DNA of 63,460 bases, counting the filler, from Intoshia linei (taxonomy: Eukaryota; Animalia; Orthonectida): the NCBI GenBank assembly GCA_001642005.1. It is 8 parts of 8 records of this genome, joined end to end, with 100 filler letters (N's around TTAATTAATTAA, not from the genome) between each part and the next. Parts side by side here need not be neighbours in the genome. Positions count along the whole stretch, not along the records: positions 19,851 to 25,753 come from LWCA01001759.1; positions 25,854 to 37,801 come from LWCA01001123.1; 6 more parts are not named here. One strand, written 5' to 3'. The notes below the pieces were generated by a model that was not told the origin of the DNA, did no database searches, and was given only the letters and a program-made list of their open reading frames with translations. The position numbers and the translations under genes are program-made. Shown piece after piece: positions 20,518-33,400 of this stretch (within the stretch, counting starts at the first letter, position 1; the number at the start of each line of letters is the position of its first letter).

Positions 20518-23500
20518 CCCCATAGCAGCAAACACAATAGCAAAATTTTCAACATTTTTATCTCCTTGTGAAACTAAACAACTTTGTCGACACAATTGAG
20601 CCGCCAACTAAAATTTTATATAAATTTAATAACTTCATATATCAAATAGTCAATTAATTATTTGAGTTACACAAGTGTAATACAGTATACGCTATTCATA
20701 ACAACACTTTTCATTAAAACACATTCTAGTATAACACGTTGAAAAATGATGTTCAATTGTAACATTTTCTATAGTAAATGTATAGAAAATGACTTCATCC
20801 TAGTACAGTGGTTCCAAAAGTGGTCCACAGGAAATTATAGGTGGTCCACCAGAAAAAATTTAAATAAAATGAAGATAACCTTTTTTTAACAATATTAACA
20901 TTAAATTAATGTAAATTAGAATTGTACCGATCATTTATTATTAGTGCACGTAAACAAAATTTAATCAAAATGAACTGAAATTTTACTGAATAACGTGAAT
21001 AATTTTCACGTTCGTTAAATTTAATCTATGTAACGATTTAACTTCGTTCGATTATAGTTTCCGGAATCGAACCTAGAAAGCCCGTTGCCACTTCAAAAAT
21101 GAAAAATAGCCCATTAAAAAATTTTGTAAACAAATTATAATGTCATATAACCCTATCCACATTTCTAAGACGGTTGAGTTGACATTTTAAATTTAACACT
21201 CAAATTAGTTGATGTTCAAGAATTTTTTTAATTACGCCATTGAAGCTACCTTGTCAAAATTAATGTAAAATTTTCGATTTAAGGTAGTGTGACCAAAAAA
21301 AAACGTACTATCAATTTTGGTTTATTTGATGATAAATTTAAAGCCAAAACTACTTATCTATGATGATGAATAAAAATTTTCGGCTTAAAATTTATTCCAA
21401 ATAAACTAAAAGTGATAGTACGTTTTTTTTCTGGTCACACTATATAAGGAAGAATATATAATAAAAAAATCAAAATATTACCTTAGTGACGTGTTCAGGA
21501 TTAAGGGGATTGTTTTTAAAAATTATGTGGTCTACACATATTTTTTTTTATGACAAGTGGTCCATGGTGGCAAAAGTTTGGAAACCACTGTCCTAGTACA
21601 ATTAAATCATCCTATAAGTGACAGATCATAGGTAACGCATCTATTTTTTAGTAACTAAAATTACATTTTTTACTGTTTAAATTGTATTGTGCATTGTTGA
21701 CTTTGTAAAATAAAATTAAATTCATTATTTACATTATCGAAATAAAGCGAAATTTTTTAAAATATAATAAAGATTATAACATTAACGTTTACATTATACA
21801 GTGGAATCTCGATTATACATACAGCAAATTGCACAATAATTTTGTGCTATTTTTGTCATAACTAAGACAAATTTAAATTACAATGAATAAATAAAGGTAA
21901 TTTGGCGCTACATTTAACTAACGATAATTAAGAGAAAGTATAAATTTGTTATGATGTTATAATTTTTAATGATTTGTTATAAATTACCATATGCATAGCA
22001 TAATCTTTTTACAGTGTAAATTAGGTTTTGGGTACATAATGGGGATTTATTTGGTGAAAGCCATTGTTTTTTCAATTTTGTGTTATCCCATATTACCCAT
22101 TTTTCATTTCCTGTGATAATTTGTTCTAAAAATGATTCATTTTTAAGCCTTTTAAGTAGTGATTTGCAAATATTTAAACGATTTAATTTGTGTTGACTAG
22201 TTAATACATGAGGAACCCAAATACCACATCGATTCGATTTATTCCATCCTTTTAAGAGCTCGATATACACTTGTTCTTGAACAACCAGCAACATTTGATA
22301 AGGATGTACGTTTGAATTGGAGATTTTATCAATTCTTCTTTAATTTTGTCTTCATCTACTTGACTAGGTCTACCGGAACGTTTGACATTTTCTAGGTTAT
22401 AATTGTTTTGTCTGAACTTTAAAAACTATCTTTGAGTTTTTCGTATGTTGATAGCATCTTTGCCATAAACATTACATATATTTTCATTAGTTTCCGATAT
22501 GGTATGCCCCATATAAAACTCATAAAGTAAAATATGTCTGATATGACCATCACAATCATCCAACTTGTTTCTCTAAATACTAACTAAAAATATGTTTGTC
22601 ATCGGAAATTATTCTTTCATCGAATACACATTTGTCCATATTTCGTAAAAATAAAAAAATAACGCACTTACAGTAAATATTCGTAAAGATATAATGATTT
22701 ATAATAAAGTTACAATAAAAACGACATTACTTATGAAACGACCTAATAGTANTTTTGTCTGAACTTTAAGAACCATCTTTGAGTTTTTCGTATGTTGATA
22801 GCATCTTTGCCATAAACATTACATATATTTTCATTAGTTTCCGATACGGTATGCCCCATATGAAACTCATAAAGTAAAATATGTCTGATATGACCATCAT
22901 AATCATCCAACTTGTTTCTCTAAATACTAATTAAAAATATGTTTGTCATCGGAAATTACTCTTTCATCGAATACACATTTGTCCATATTTCGTAAAAATA
23001 AAAAAATAACGCACTTACAGTAAATATTCGTAAAGATATAATGATTTATAATAAAGTTACATAAAAACGACATTACTTATGAAACGACCTAATATTTAGA
23101 CTCAATTAAGTTTTAAAATCAAATTTAAATTTATTTTAATATATCATTATTTAGTATAAAATAATCTATTAAAAATACTAATTCTTATTTCAACAGAATT
23201 AGCTAAACTTAAAATGTAATATGAAGTTTTGATTTTGATTTCATATTTTGATGTTTTGATAATATATGTAGTTAAGTTAAATTTACAATTTTGCTGTATG
23301 TATGATCAAGATTCCACTGTAATGTAATTAATCCATTACAACACCAAAAAATGTTGTTATGAATAGCGTCTACTGTATAAATAGGATAAGTTTTTTAGCA
23401 GTTCATTAACACAATAATACTTTACAGATACCTATTAAATCCATATAAATTATCTTATTAATTTAATTATAAATTATAAATTTAATTACAGCCAATTTAA

Positions 23501-25176
23501 ACTGGTGGCAGCAATCGCAAAATAGAGTTTTTTATTTTTATTTAAAAAAAAGTTGATTTTAATTTACCTATCTCTGATCTATAGCACAAAAATTATACAA
23601 AAAATTTTTTTGAAATATTTTATGTAAAAACTAATTTTGATCACATTGAGTAATGCATAAGTATGATCAATAATTCCTGATAGTTTTTTATAATAATAAC
23701 CTCATTATGAGGCAAACCGGCTGAAGAAAAAATTGGAATTTTTTGACCACGTGCAATTGTATTCATTCCGTCAATAGCTGATATTCCCGTCTGAATCATT
23801 TCTTCAGGGTAAGTTCGTTTAGATGGGTTAATTGGTGTACCTATGGGTAAGAAATTAAAAAATAATTTGAATTGTAAAAACCTTGAATATCTACATATGC
23901 ATCAGGAATTACGGGAGGACCACCATCGATTGGTTTACCAGATCCGTTAAATACGCGGCCCAACATATCAAGAGATACGGCTATTTTCATTATATCACCA
24001 GAAAATTCGCATGTCGTATATTTTGCGTCTATACCTGTAGTACCTTCAAAAACCTAATAATAATGATATTAATGCAATCAAACCATTCTTTTGACTAACT
24101 TTTCGTATGAATTTGAGGGACAGTCCATTTAGAAATATGTTAACTTGTAAATCAAATTCACTTAAATAATTTCAATAATTTTATTTTTTGATGCGGCACA
24201 GTAGCCCCAGTTTAAAAATGATTCAAGAATAGATATTAAATTCCATGCACAATAGTAAATTATACATTACAAATTACATTGTACAATGGAGATTGCTGAT
24301 TATCAATCTGTCAATAAATTCAATATAATGGTTCGAAAATATTACAAAATATCAAAAAATAAAAATTAAACCAAATGGATAAAACTTTTAGCACTGTGTT
24401 ACCATTATCTGTATGAAAATATAAAATAATTGGATACTTGAATGACAGCCTTATCGTCGTGGGCTTCTAATACTTGACCTGTTCGTAATGTTCCATCTTT
24501 TAAACGGAATTGAACAATTTCTCCATATTTTGGAAACTAATTAATAATCATAAAATAATTAATACTAATAAGTCGATAAAACGATGATACAATTTTAATT
24601 TACTCCATTAGTTAAATATGGTTGACCAAAAAATGTTTAACTAGACTTTAGATTATAAATCAACTTAATCTATTCAATCGTAGTCAAGATGCTCATTTAC
24701 ATTATGATAATTACATCTTTACAAAACCATTTCTTTCTAAAGAAAATAAATCGATATAATCAGTCGCTAAAAATTTATAAATTAAGTAAATGAATTTTTT
24801 TTTATAATTCTGATTGATTTATACGCGGGCCGCAAAAATTCGTAAATAATTGTTCGGATTATTTATTAACGAGTCGAGTAAAATAAAATACAAAAATATT
24901 ATGAATAAATACTTAATACTATTCAAAAATTACCTTAACATGTTCAACAATCACCAATGGTCCATTAACTCCGCTTACTGTACGATAGTCTAATTTTATA
25001 AAGTTATTATACAGTATACTCTATACATTATCAACAATATGATGGAAATACATTGTAAATAATTGTTAAATATTGAAATAAATATAAATTTTACTCAATC
25101 GTGGTTGTTCAGAATCAATTTTAATTGATTCCATATTAATTTTTAAACTATCAAGTTTTTCTGTATATTCGCTCAT
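20518..25176 (-). CDS. ATP6V1B: V-type ATPase V1 subunit B, first six exons (25176-25095, 24989-24934, 24536-24438, 24053-23882, 23840-23701, 20607-20518); 3' half absent
   Basis: [32 protein letters not shown]../[23 protein letters not shown]../[54 protein letters not shown]. Confidence 0.95.
20806..21590. mobile_element. hAT (Buster/Charlie-type) MITE
   Basis: TIR CAGTGGTT(T)CCAAA and perfect 8-bp TSD TCCTAGTA. It contains a nested ~157-bp foldback MITE (about 21286-21442, TAGTGTGACC termini). Confidence 0.85.
21799..23319. mobile_element. Tigger/pogo-like MITE hosting a mariner
   Basis: TA|CAGTGGAATCTCGATTATACATACAGCAAA ... TTTGCTGTATGTATGATCAAGATTCCACTG|TA. Confidence 0.75.
21977..23094 (-). 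mobile_element. Mariner 5' half (5' end duplicated across a single-N join at 22752)
   Basis: [47 protein letters not shown]; TIR TA|TTAGGTCGTTTCATAAGTAATGTCG. Confidence 0.85.
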
Positions 25177-25390
25177 CAATATTATAATTAATAATAGAGA
25201 ATTATTGTAAAACTTTCAAAAATGCTATAGCAGTATAACCTTATAGTTTATTGATTTTTATTGACAAAGTTAGATTTGTATAGTACATTTGTAAGGGAAA
25301 TTTTTCTAAATTTTTTCCATGTAAAATTTATTTATTTATTATAATATTGATTTTTTCGTCAATGCATTTAATGGCATGTAATTAAACTTT

Positions 25391-25753
25391 GGGTCTTTCG
25401 TATTTTAGAGCCAATAGTTTGAAGATTTTATATAAACTTTATTGAAAAAATAAAGTTTTGTTTCTTTGTTAACAGTATACATCAGTGATGGCAAAAGTTG
25501 TGTTAGTGTATAAATAGACTAAATAAAAATTCACACTTGACGTATTTTTTAATTTTATCGATAATTTATTTCCAATTGTTATAAAATTATATTTTATACT
25601 AAAAATAATATTGATAAATTTAATTTTTAATCAAATACCAAGAAAGTAGAGAAAAAGAAATGACAATTAATCAATGAATTAAAAAATACATAATTAATAT
25701 TTAATTGTTACAATACGCTTATTAAATGGTTACATTATATTAAAACAATCTGT
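25391..25753 (-). mobile_element. Second Merlin copy (right end), cut by spacer
   Basis: Reverse complement of about 6930-7292, starting GGGTCTTTCGTATTTTAGAGCCAATAG. Confidence 0.8.
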
Positions 25754-27402
25754 NNNNNNNNNNNNNNNNNNNNNNNNNNNNNNNNNNNNNNNNNNNNTTA
25801 ATTAATTAANNNNNNNNNNNNNNNNNNNNNNNNNNNNNNNNNNNNNNNNNNNNAAAAAACTGTAATTGAAATGTGGTCTTTAAAAAATTCTAAGACTGGT
25901 AGTTATTCCAATAAAGTGGAACACACACACAATAATCGCGTTGCATATTATATAAGTTAGGATAGTTCTGTTGTAAAACAAGCAGCGTTGTCTAATGTCC
26001 GTAAATATCTAATGCAGGGTTTCTTCACTTTTTTTAAATTTAGTACCCGTTAGTCATATCAACTATTTCTAGTACATCTAAAAAAAATAAAAAAGTGGTC
26101 CACTAGGTGCAAAAAGGTTTCCGATCTCTAATTTAAGTCTTAATAAAGATTATTTAATTAAATTTTTTACGTTTGATATTTAGCTTTTTTAATTTTAATA
26201 TAAAATAATACTAGGAAAAGATAATTGAATTTTCAAAAGGAAGATTACTCTATTTAAATCATCTACAGAGCATGATAATAAATTTCTTTCAAATACACGA
26301 CAAAAGAGTGCGTAAAAGAGACATTGTATACTACGACCCACCAGGATATAATCCAATAAATGCGGACAATTCTGTAGTGATAATTTTATGAAAAATATCA
26401 ATATATATAATTAAAAATATGATTTATAGTGTGTTAATTTATTGTATTACGCATAAACAATGTAGTCTTTTTAAAAGTAATCTTCGATATATCCATTAAT
26501 ATATACTTTTTATCAGTGTTTCTCAATCTTTTGTTCAATGGTCTTATTTGAAAGAAAATTTAAAAGTTGCGCAGTACAATGTCAACTAATTAGGTAGGAA
26601 ATTTTTGTGTGGGTTATTACATTTGTGCAATGATTGTTAAGAGAACACAAGACATTTTAAGGTAAAGGTAATTGTTTTTAAGAAAAAAAAATTATTTGAT
26701 TTAAATGAGAGAACTACAATTTTTATCTGATTTATGATATTGAGAAATTTGTACCTTTACAAATTTAAAGTCAAAAAATTTTTTGTATTACTCTAATATC
26801 ATAAGATCCTAGTGTTGCGAAATCAAATAAAACATGCCTGCAACCATGATACTGTATAATTATAAAATAATACATATACCATATAACACGCACGATCGAT
26901 GGGCATCTTATATCATGAGTTTCTCAATTATTTCCATAACAAATGTTTTATTGACGCATATCGATAAATTAATAATTATTATAATTAACAATGTAAATTA
27001 AGATATCAGATTGACTTAGATAATATATTTAATGCATATTATTCATTGCATTTATGCAACATTATTTTTATATTTCATGTTTACTTAAATTGCACTAAAT
27101 TTAAAACTGATTTACGTATAATTTTGTTTACATTGAGTATTGTTTTTAGAAAGTCAAAATATGGTACAATTACTAGTATGCATAATCAAAATATTATGTC
27201 AAGATATTTGCATTTATAATGGTAATATACGAAAGGAATAAATAATATATGCATGGATAATTCACAATGACTGTAGATACGGAAAGCCATTATTGATACA
27301 GCTTGAATTTAAATAAATATTTACCTATATTTGTTGATAAATTTAATTTACACAATATGTAATAAATACTTTCTTATACTCGCTCAAATTGAATACGAAA
27401 AA

Positions 27403-30400
27403 ATGGAATTTCATTTAAATGCAAATAGAAACAATTTAATTTATTCAAATTCATCTATTAGTACATTGAAAAAAACTGATAGTGTTTGTTCTGATGATCA
27501 AAATTATACCAATTTACACAATGGTAGACAAATTATCATTGATTGCTATGCTAGTCAAATTAAGGAAATCCGAAATAGTATCCCTCAGGATAGTGATTTA
27601 TTTGATAAAGAAATAAAATATTGCAATGTAAAATAACACCAAATAAAATATAGTATACCAGGGTGGACATTGGTCAAGTCATGTGGTAATTTAAATAAAA
27701 TAACATTTTTATACAAACGAAGGTAAACTATAATCTGGTTAACATTATTACTTAATATCAATTTTAATTAGTCCACTTTGGTTACGAGTCAAAGTTTTTA
27801 TCAAAACTTTTGATTTTTTAGATGTAAAATTTTATTTATTTTTTTTTTCATTTTAGGCACAAATCTGTAAACATTGTGCTTATCAATTAGATGAAAACTG
27901 GACTAATGATTACGCAAGTAGTGAAAATGAAATATTATCAAGCTTATTAAAATTAGTCAATTTCGAGGATGATGAAATACAAGTACGTTTATAGATTTTA
28001 TTATAAGTTGTTATTAAATTTTTTATTTTAGAAAATTTGTCAATTTTATCATTTTAATGAATTGTTTACTATGAGTAAAAAAGAAATTTATATTGTTCTC
28101 AACCACTTTATATCTGAAATTAATTTGCTATCATTGGAAACTTTGGACAATATTTTTAAACTAATCAAAGTTACATTAAGTAATTAAAATTGTATTTTAG
28201 ATAATTTACAAAGTTTTCTGCTTTATATTGCATACAAACAGGACCTCGGAGATAAGCATTAGGCCCGGGTTTGATTAAAAATGTAGGCCTCATCAATTTT
28301 TTTTTAAATTGGAATGAAAGTCTACATTGTTTTATCGATCGTTTATTGTTTAAAAATTAAAAATAACAGTTGGAAATGGCATTGGTCATCACAAAAGTGC
28401 CTATATGTAAAAAATTTTCCAACATAACTTATTAATAAATAAAATAGTTCACCCTCATGATTTTAGACCCGGTCATGGCATCCCTAACCCTCTACACGGC
28501 CCTGTATACAAACGGTGGATAGATTCACCGAAAGCGGGAGCTTCTATATTTCAATTCCACAATTCTAATTATCACCTATAGCAGTGCTTTCCAACCGGTG
28601 TGTCGCCAACCAAAATGGGTTGGATAGCACTGAACTATAGTGTAATGGCTGTTGCATATGAGATTGGTGTAGCACTAAGTTAAAACGTACTTTGTGCTAT
28701 TATGTTTAATGACCATTTAAGTCCATTTCTAACCATTACAATTCGGTTTAGTATGCTATTATAATACCAATGAATTGAAAATATATTATTAAAATATTTT
28801 TTAGATCAAATAAAGCATGTGACAGATTATACGTATATGGTGCCTACATATAGTTGTACCAATGAATCTTTAAATAAAAAATTTGTTATGCGAATCAATA
28901 CTAGTTGTACGATGACTGTAAAAGACAAATTTCGTATGATGAAAAGATATAGTAGTGTGTTTGATTGTGATGAAATTGAATCGTAATCATTTTAAGAATT
29001 ATAATTCATTTTATTATTAATATAATTATAATAATATTAAAATTGTAATAAGAAATATAAAGAATAATACAATACGAGAATATTCAAAATGCTTTGCTCT
29101 CTTCAAAATAAATTAAATGAACTTGGATAATTTAACAATAAATTACGTCCAACTTACCGTACCTGCAACACCTCCTCAGGAGGGGTTTGAGAATTTTTGT
29201 ACAATTGTAAGAGCTGGCTTCGTTTTTCCAAATTGAGCATTTAAAGAATACACACTTCAATATCATAACCACTGCTGAATCTACCATACCGGATACTTTC
29301 TTCGGAGGGCGTCAACGAAGTTTTTGTAAAATGGGCTTCGCTTTTCAAAACTGAGCATTAAAAAAATAATATTTTTGAATTTCAACTATTTTGTGTATTA
29401 AATTCAAAATTTCAAGTAAACAGTATTGGAGGAATGACAGGGCTATATTTTACAATGCATACTTTGCATTACTCATCGTTTTAGAAAATTTTTTTAAGGT
29501 CCATTTTTTATTTTCCTGGTTTCACTAATGGTAGGTTCGGCTTTTATTTTAAAATTTATCAATAAAGCACCGCAGTTTGGATGGTTACCATAAAGTTAAC
29601 ATATTAGAATGTAAAAACAATTGATTTTTTTGAGATTAACAAATTTGAAGTCTGAGAACGGACTGCCAATAAACTTTATTATCTTATTTTTTTGAGGCCC
29701 ATGTATAATTTATAATTATATGCAATTTGTTTTATATTTTATTTTTAGAAAAGATAACACAAATACAGAACATTTATCAGCTGGTTCCACGCCGGTATCA
29801 ACTGAGAAACATTTTTTTTCACCAGCCACGGAAACCAAAAAAATTGATCATAATATTCACAAGTAATATTATTTACTCCTTATTTATTTAGATGTTAAAT
29901 ACACTATCGTAAATGTTACTCAATCAGATCTTAGTTTTCTAGCATCCCATAATTTGACTCGGACTATTTTGAACCTATGAATATGTCATTCGATATTGTT
30001 ATTAAAAATAAAGATGAGAGTATATTAGGAATAGATAATGATAGACGAATCTAGATAGAATTGTCGCTAAACTTATTTTTCAGTGCTGCCATTCGAAAGA
30101 GTTCGAAAAATTTTTCTAAAATTTTTTTTTTCATTTTGAAATTTATAGAATATTATACAAACTTAAAAATATTCTTTATGAAAAAAATTAAAAGTATTTC
30201 CCATTCCAATTTAGACAAAACTCACCTAAGTAGTAACTTTTTTTCTATATAAATAAAAGGGATTCAAATAATACATATGGCGCGAACATAAAATAAGGTG
30301 TTAACTTTGTTCTAGGAATAAATACATCGTCATACAAGATGAGAAAAAAAATTCTAAGAACGGTGGTACCATTCGTTAAGCCTACAATTTAAAAACATCG

Positions 30401-33400
30401 CCTTCTCCAAGGAAATAGTTTTCATAAATAAGATTTATAACATTGTGTGTAGCCTTGCCATTAAGTTTATATTATTTATTGAAATTGTCATTTCTATTGA
30501 CAACAATCTTACCTTCCTGTGAAGAAAATTAAAATGGGTCTAATTAATGACAAAAAAATATTTTTTTCTCTCTATTTTATATTCAAAATTTCATCAGTAA
30601 TTGCTAAAATATATAAACGTAATATAATCAACATCAATCACTTAATGACAGTCAGTTCAATGAAAAAATAATAATTATTTTATTGCAATCAGATCGTTAT
30701 GTTTCATGTTTCCCACATTCTATCTGTAAAATAAAAAGAACCCTCGATAAATTTGCAAATCAAGGATAACAGAAGTGTAGGTTAGCATCATGTTGATATC
30801 TTTGAGAGGCAACATTTTTGACAAAACTGTAATCCGTATATAAAATCTCGCAGAAATTATACAACACGGGCATAAGTTAGATGAAATTTTAATGAAGGCA
30901 AATTCGTAACTGTTGGACGCATACAAGTTGTATGGTTGTAAGTTGTATCATAATGATGCAACCATTAAAAACGTTTGTTGCATCATATGGATATTTTTTC
31001 ACTGTTAGGTGTTCTACCATGGAATTCACTTTTAAAGAGTCAACCTTTCTACTTCTTTTAAAAAAATTAATTTTTACTATTTCTCAGTTTCTTAAGGGGA
31101 TGAAGTAAGGACAGTACCATAAATTGCAGAGCAGGCCAATTTTTTTGTTATAATAAAAATAAACACTACATATGTTATTTTTATAGCATTTCTCATACCG
31201 TACGGCCCTGTATTTTTTTAATTTTTAAAATTCCATCAAAAAATTAACACTTTAATAAACACTCTTTAATAAACAGTCTTCCGTCTGAATAACATAAATG
31301 TGTTTTCATTTAGAATAGCTTATATTTCATTTATTTGATATATAAGTCTTAATATTAGTAAAAATAATTAATTTTTAAATAAATGTATGAATTACGTATT
31401 ATTTCATGATATAAAAATTATTAATTAGTAATTAATGACTAAAATTTTAGATTTAAATCATTTCTTTCTTTGACGATGAAATCTCACATTTGTACTTTAT
31501 GTTATAGAAAAATTATTGGAATGGGAACAAAATGTCGAAACTGTCAGTAGTTTTTTATATCATTATAAACTAAATTCCATCTTTTTAATTTTTTTTTAAA
31601 AATATTCTCAATTTTAAATGTTTAGTTTCTATTATCACATAAACTGTAGTAGATTGTGTGCCAAAACGTGCTCAATATCGGAAAAACCTAAAACGAAAAT
31701 ATCAAGTAAAAAATACCTTAAAAGTATAAAAATAGTGATAAAATATCAAAAGCATCTTTATTATAATATAAAAGTGTATTTTGTTAAGTATTCATTATAA
31801 TTTTTAAGGTTTAATTGAAAGTAATTTTTATTTCGTTTGTAACAACATTGATCTTAACAAATCTGGTTAACAAATCCTCTCTACGACCCAGCACTTGTAA
31901 TAAAGTGAATTACGCACACAGTGTGTAATACATTATGTATATCAGTATAATTTAAACACATTTAATATTTTAGAAAGTTCTGTAAAATCAAAAAGAAATT
32001 CTTCATATTTTAAAACCAGTAGGTTTAAGAAATCATTAAATTATAGCTTAATTTTACAACAATTAGATCATCTACATCTGGTTTTTATAATAGCTCTAGT
32101 ACGAAAGGAAATACGTACAGTCGTAATTCTGATATTTCTGAATCTACACAAATTTCTAGTAAATTTATGATTTTTATATCATAAAAGTTATTATATCTAT
32201 ACAAATGAATGTAAAAAACAAAAAAATACACGTGTATTAACATTTGAATTCAGGGTAGTGTATAAATAAGTAATAAAGAAAGTGATTTTTTGAAGACGGG
32301 TATGGGAAATTTTAAATTTTCTTAAATTTTATTCTATTCACTCAGATCGTTGTTTTTGGATTTGTATTTCTTTTTATCTTTAATATATTTGTTAAAAAAA
32401 TTGAGTTGAAGTTGATTTATTAAATTGGTAAATTAGAGGAGACTTAAGAGACATGACTCATAACCAAATAAATACTTATTGACGGTATTGATTAGTTAGA
32501 AAAAGTTTATGATTCAAATTTTAATTTTAATTTGTAAATTAAATTTGCTTTTAATGGTAACTTGATGAATTTAATGAAAATTATTGCTAAACAATTTTAT
32601 ATAAATCCTGATTCAGGATTCCTGACTTTCATTTTTCATTGTTCATCATTTTTATTTTAATTTTTTATTATTTTAGCCACTCGTTCATTAAATAATGATG
32701 CACTAAAATCTGTCTAGTAAGCAATATTTTACATTTATCTAAATATATAAATAGTTGTATCACTATGTGAGTACGGGTGAGTATGATTTCGTACAATAAT
32801 TTCGTATATCCTTACTTATATAGTATGCTACGCGATTTTTGTTTGTGTGGGTATGTGTGTGTGTTCCACTTTATTTCAATAACTACCAGTCATAGAATTT
32901 TATAAAATATATACGCTGATATGGATTTTAAAATCATAAACTTTATCATAAATTTAAATTTAAAAAAATATATCTTCAGGGCCAAAACCACAAATTACTC
33001 TTCTTTTTTTAATGAAATCAGAATTTCAAAAAATTTACAGGTGATACAGTTCTATCTTGTTAACACACACAAAAAATTTCAATCCGAATAAGTGACGACT
33101 TCACGTGAAATTTATCTTATTATACGTCCGGGAAAAAACTGTAATTGAAATGTGGACTTTATAAAATTCTAAGACTGGTAGTTACTTCAATAAAATTAGA
33201 ACACATACAAACAAAAATCGCGTAGCATATTATATAAGTTAGGATTGCGGTTATAGTATAGAAGGGATTATTGTATGTGTGTAGTTTTAATAAAAATGTA
33301 TTTTTATTTTACCCAATTACAAACATCAAGAAGCACAAAGATGATAAAATAATATATGAGAAAAAAATATAACCCGACCGGAACTGTGGAAACTTTTTAA

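Larger units (their letters stand above)
20683..23375. mobile_element. TA-flanked Tigger/pogo-like MITE acting as outer shell of nested insertions
   Basis: TA|CAGTATACGCTATTCATAACAACA ... TGTTGTTATGAATAGCGTCTACTG|TA. Confidence 0.7.

Noticed and set aside
22406-23094. Tandem duplication of the mariner 5' end
   Set aside because: The two copies are separated by a single N, typical of an unmerged overlap between alleles or paralogues; not trusted as real.
23491-23516. IAATS as the next V-ATPase B exon
   Set aside because: No AG acceptor and an early stop; the true exon is 20607-20518.
26195-26401. 68-aa minus-strand ORF upstream of KSR
   Set aside because: Non-ATG start, no motif and no exon partners identified.
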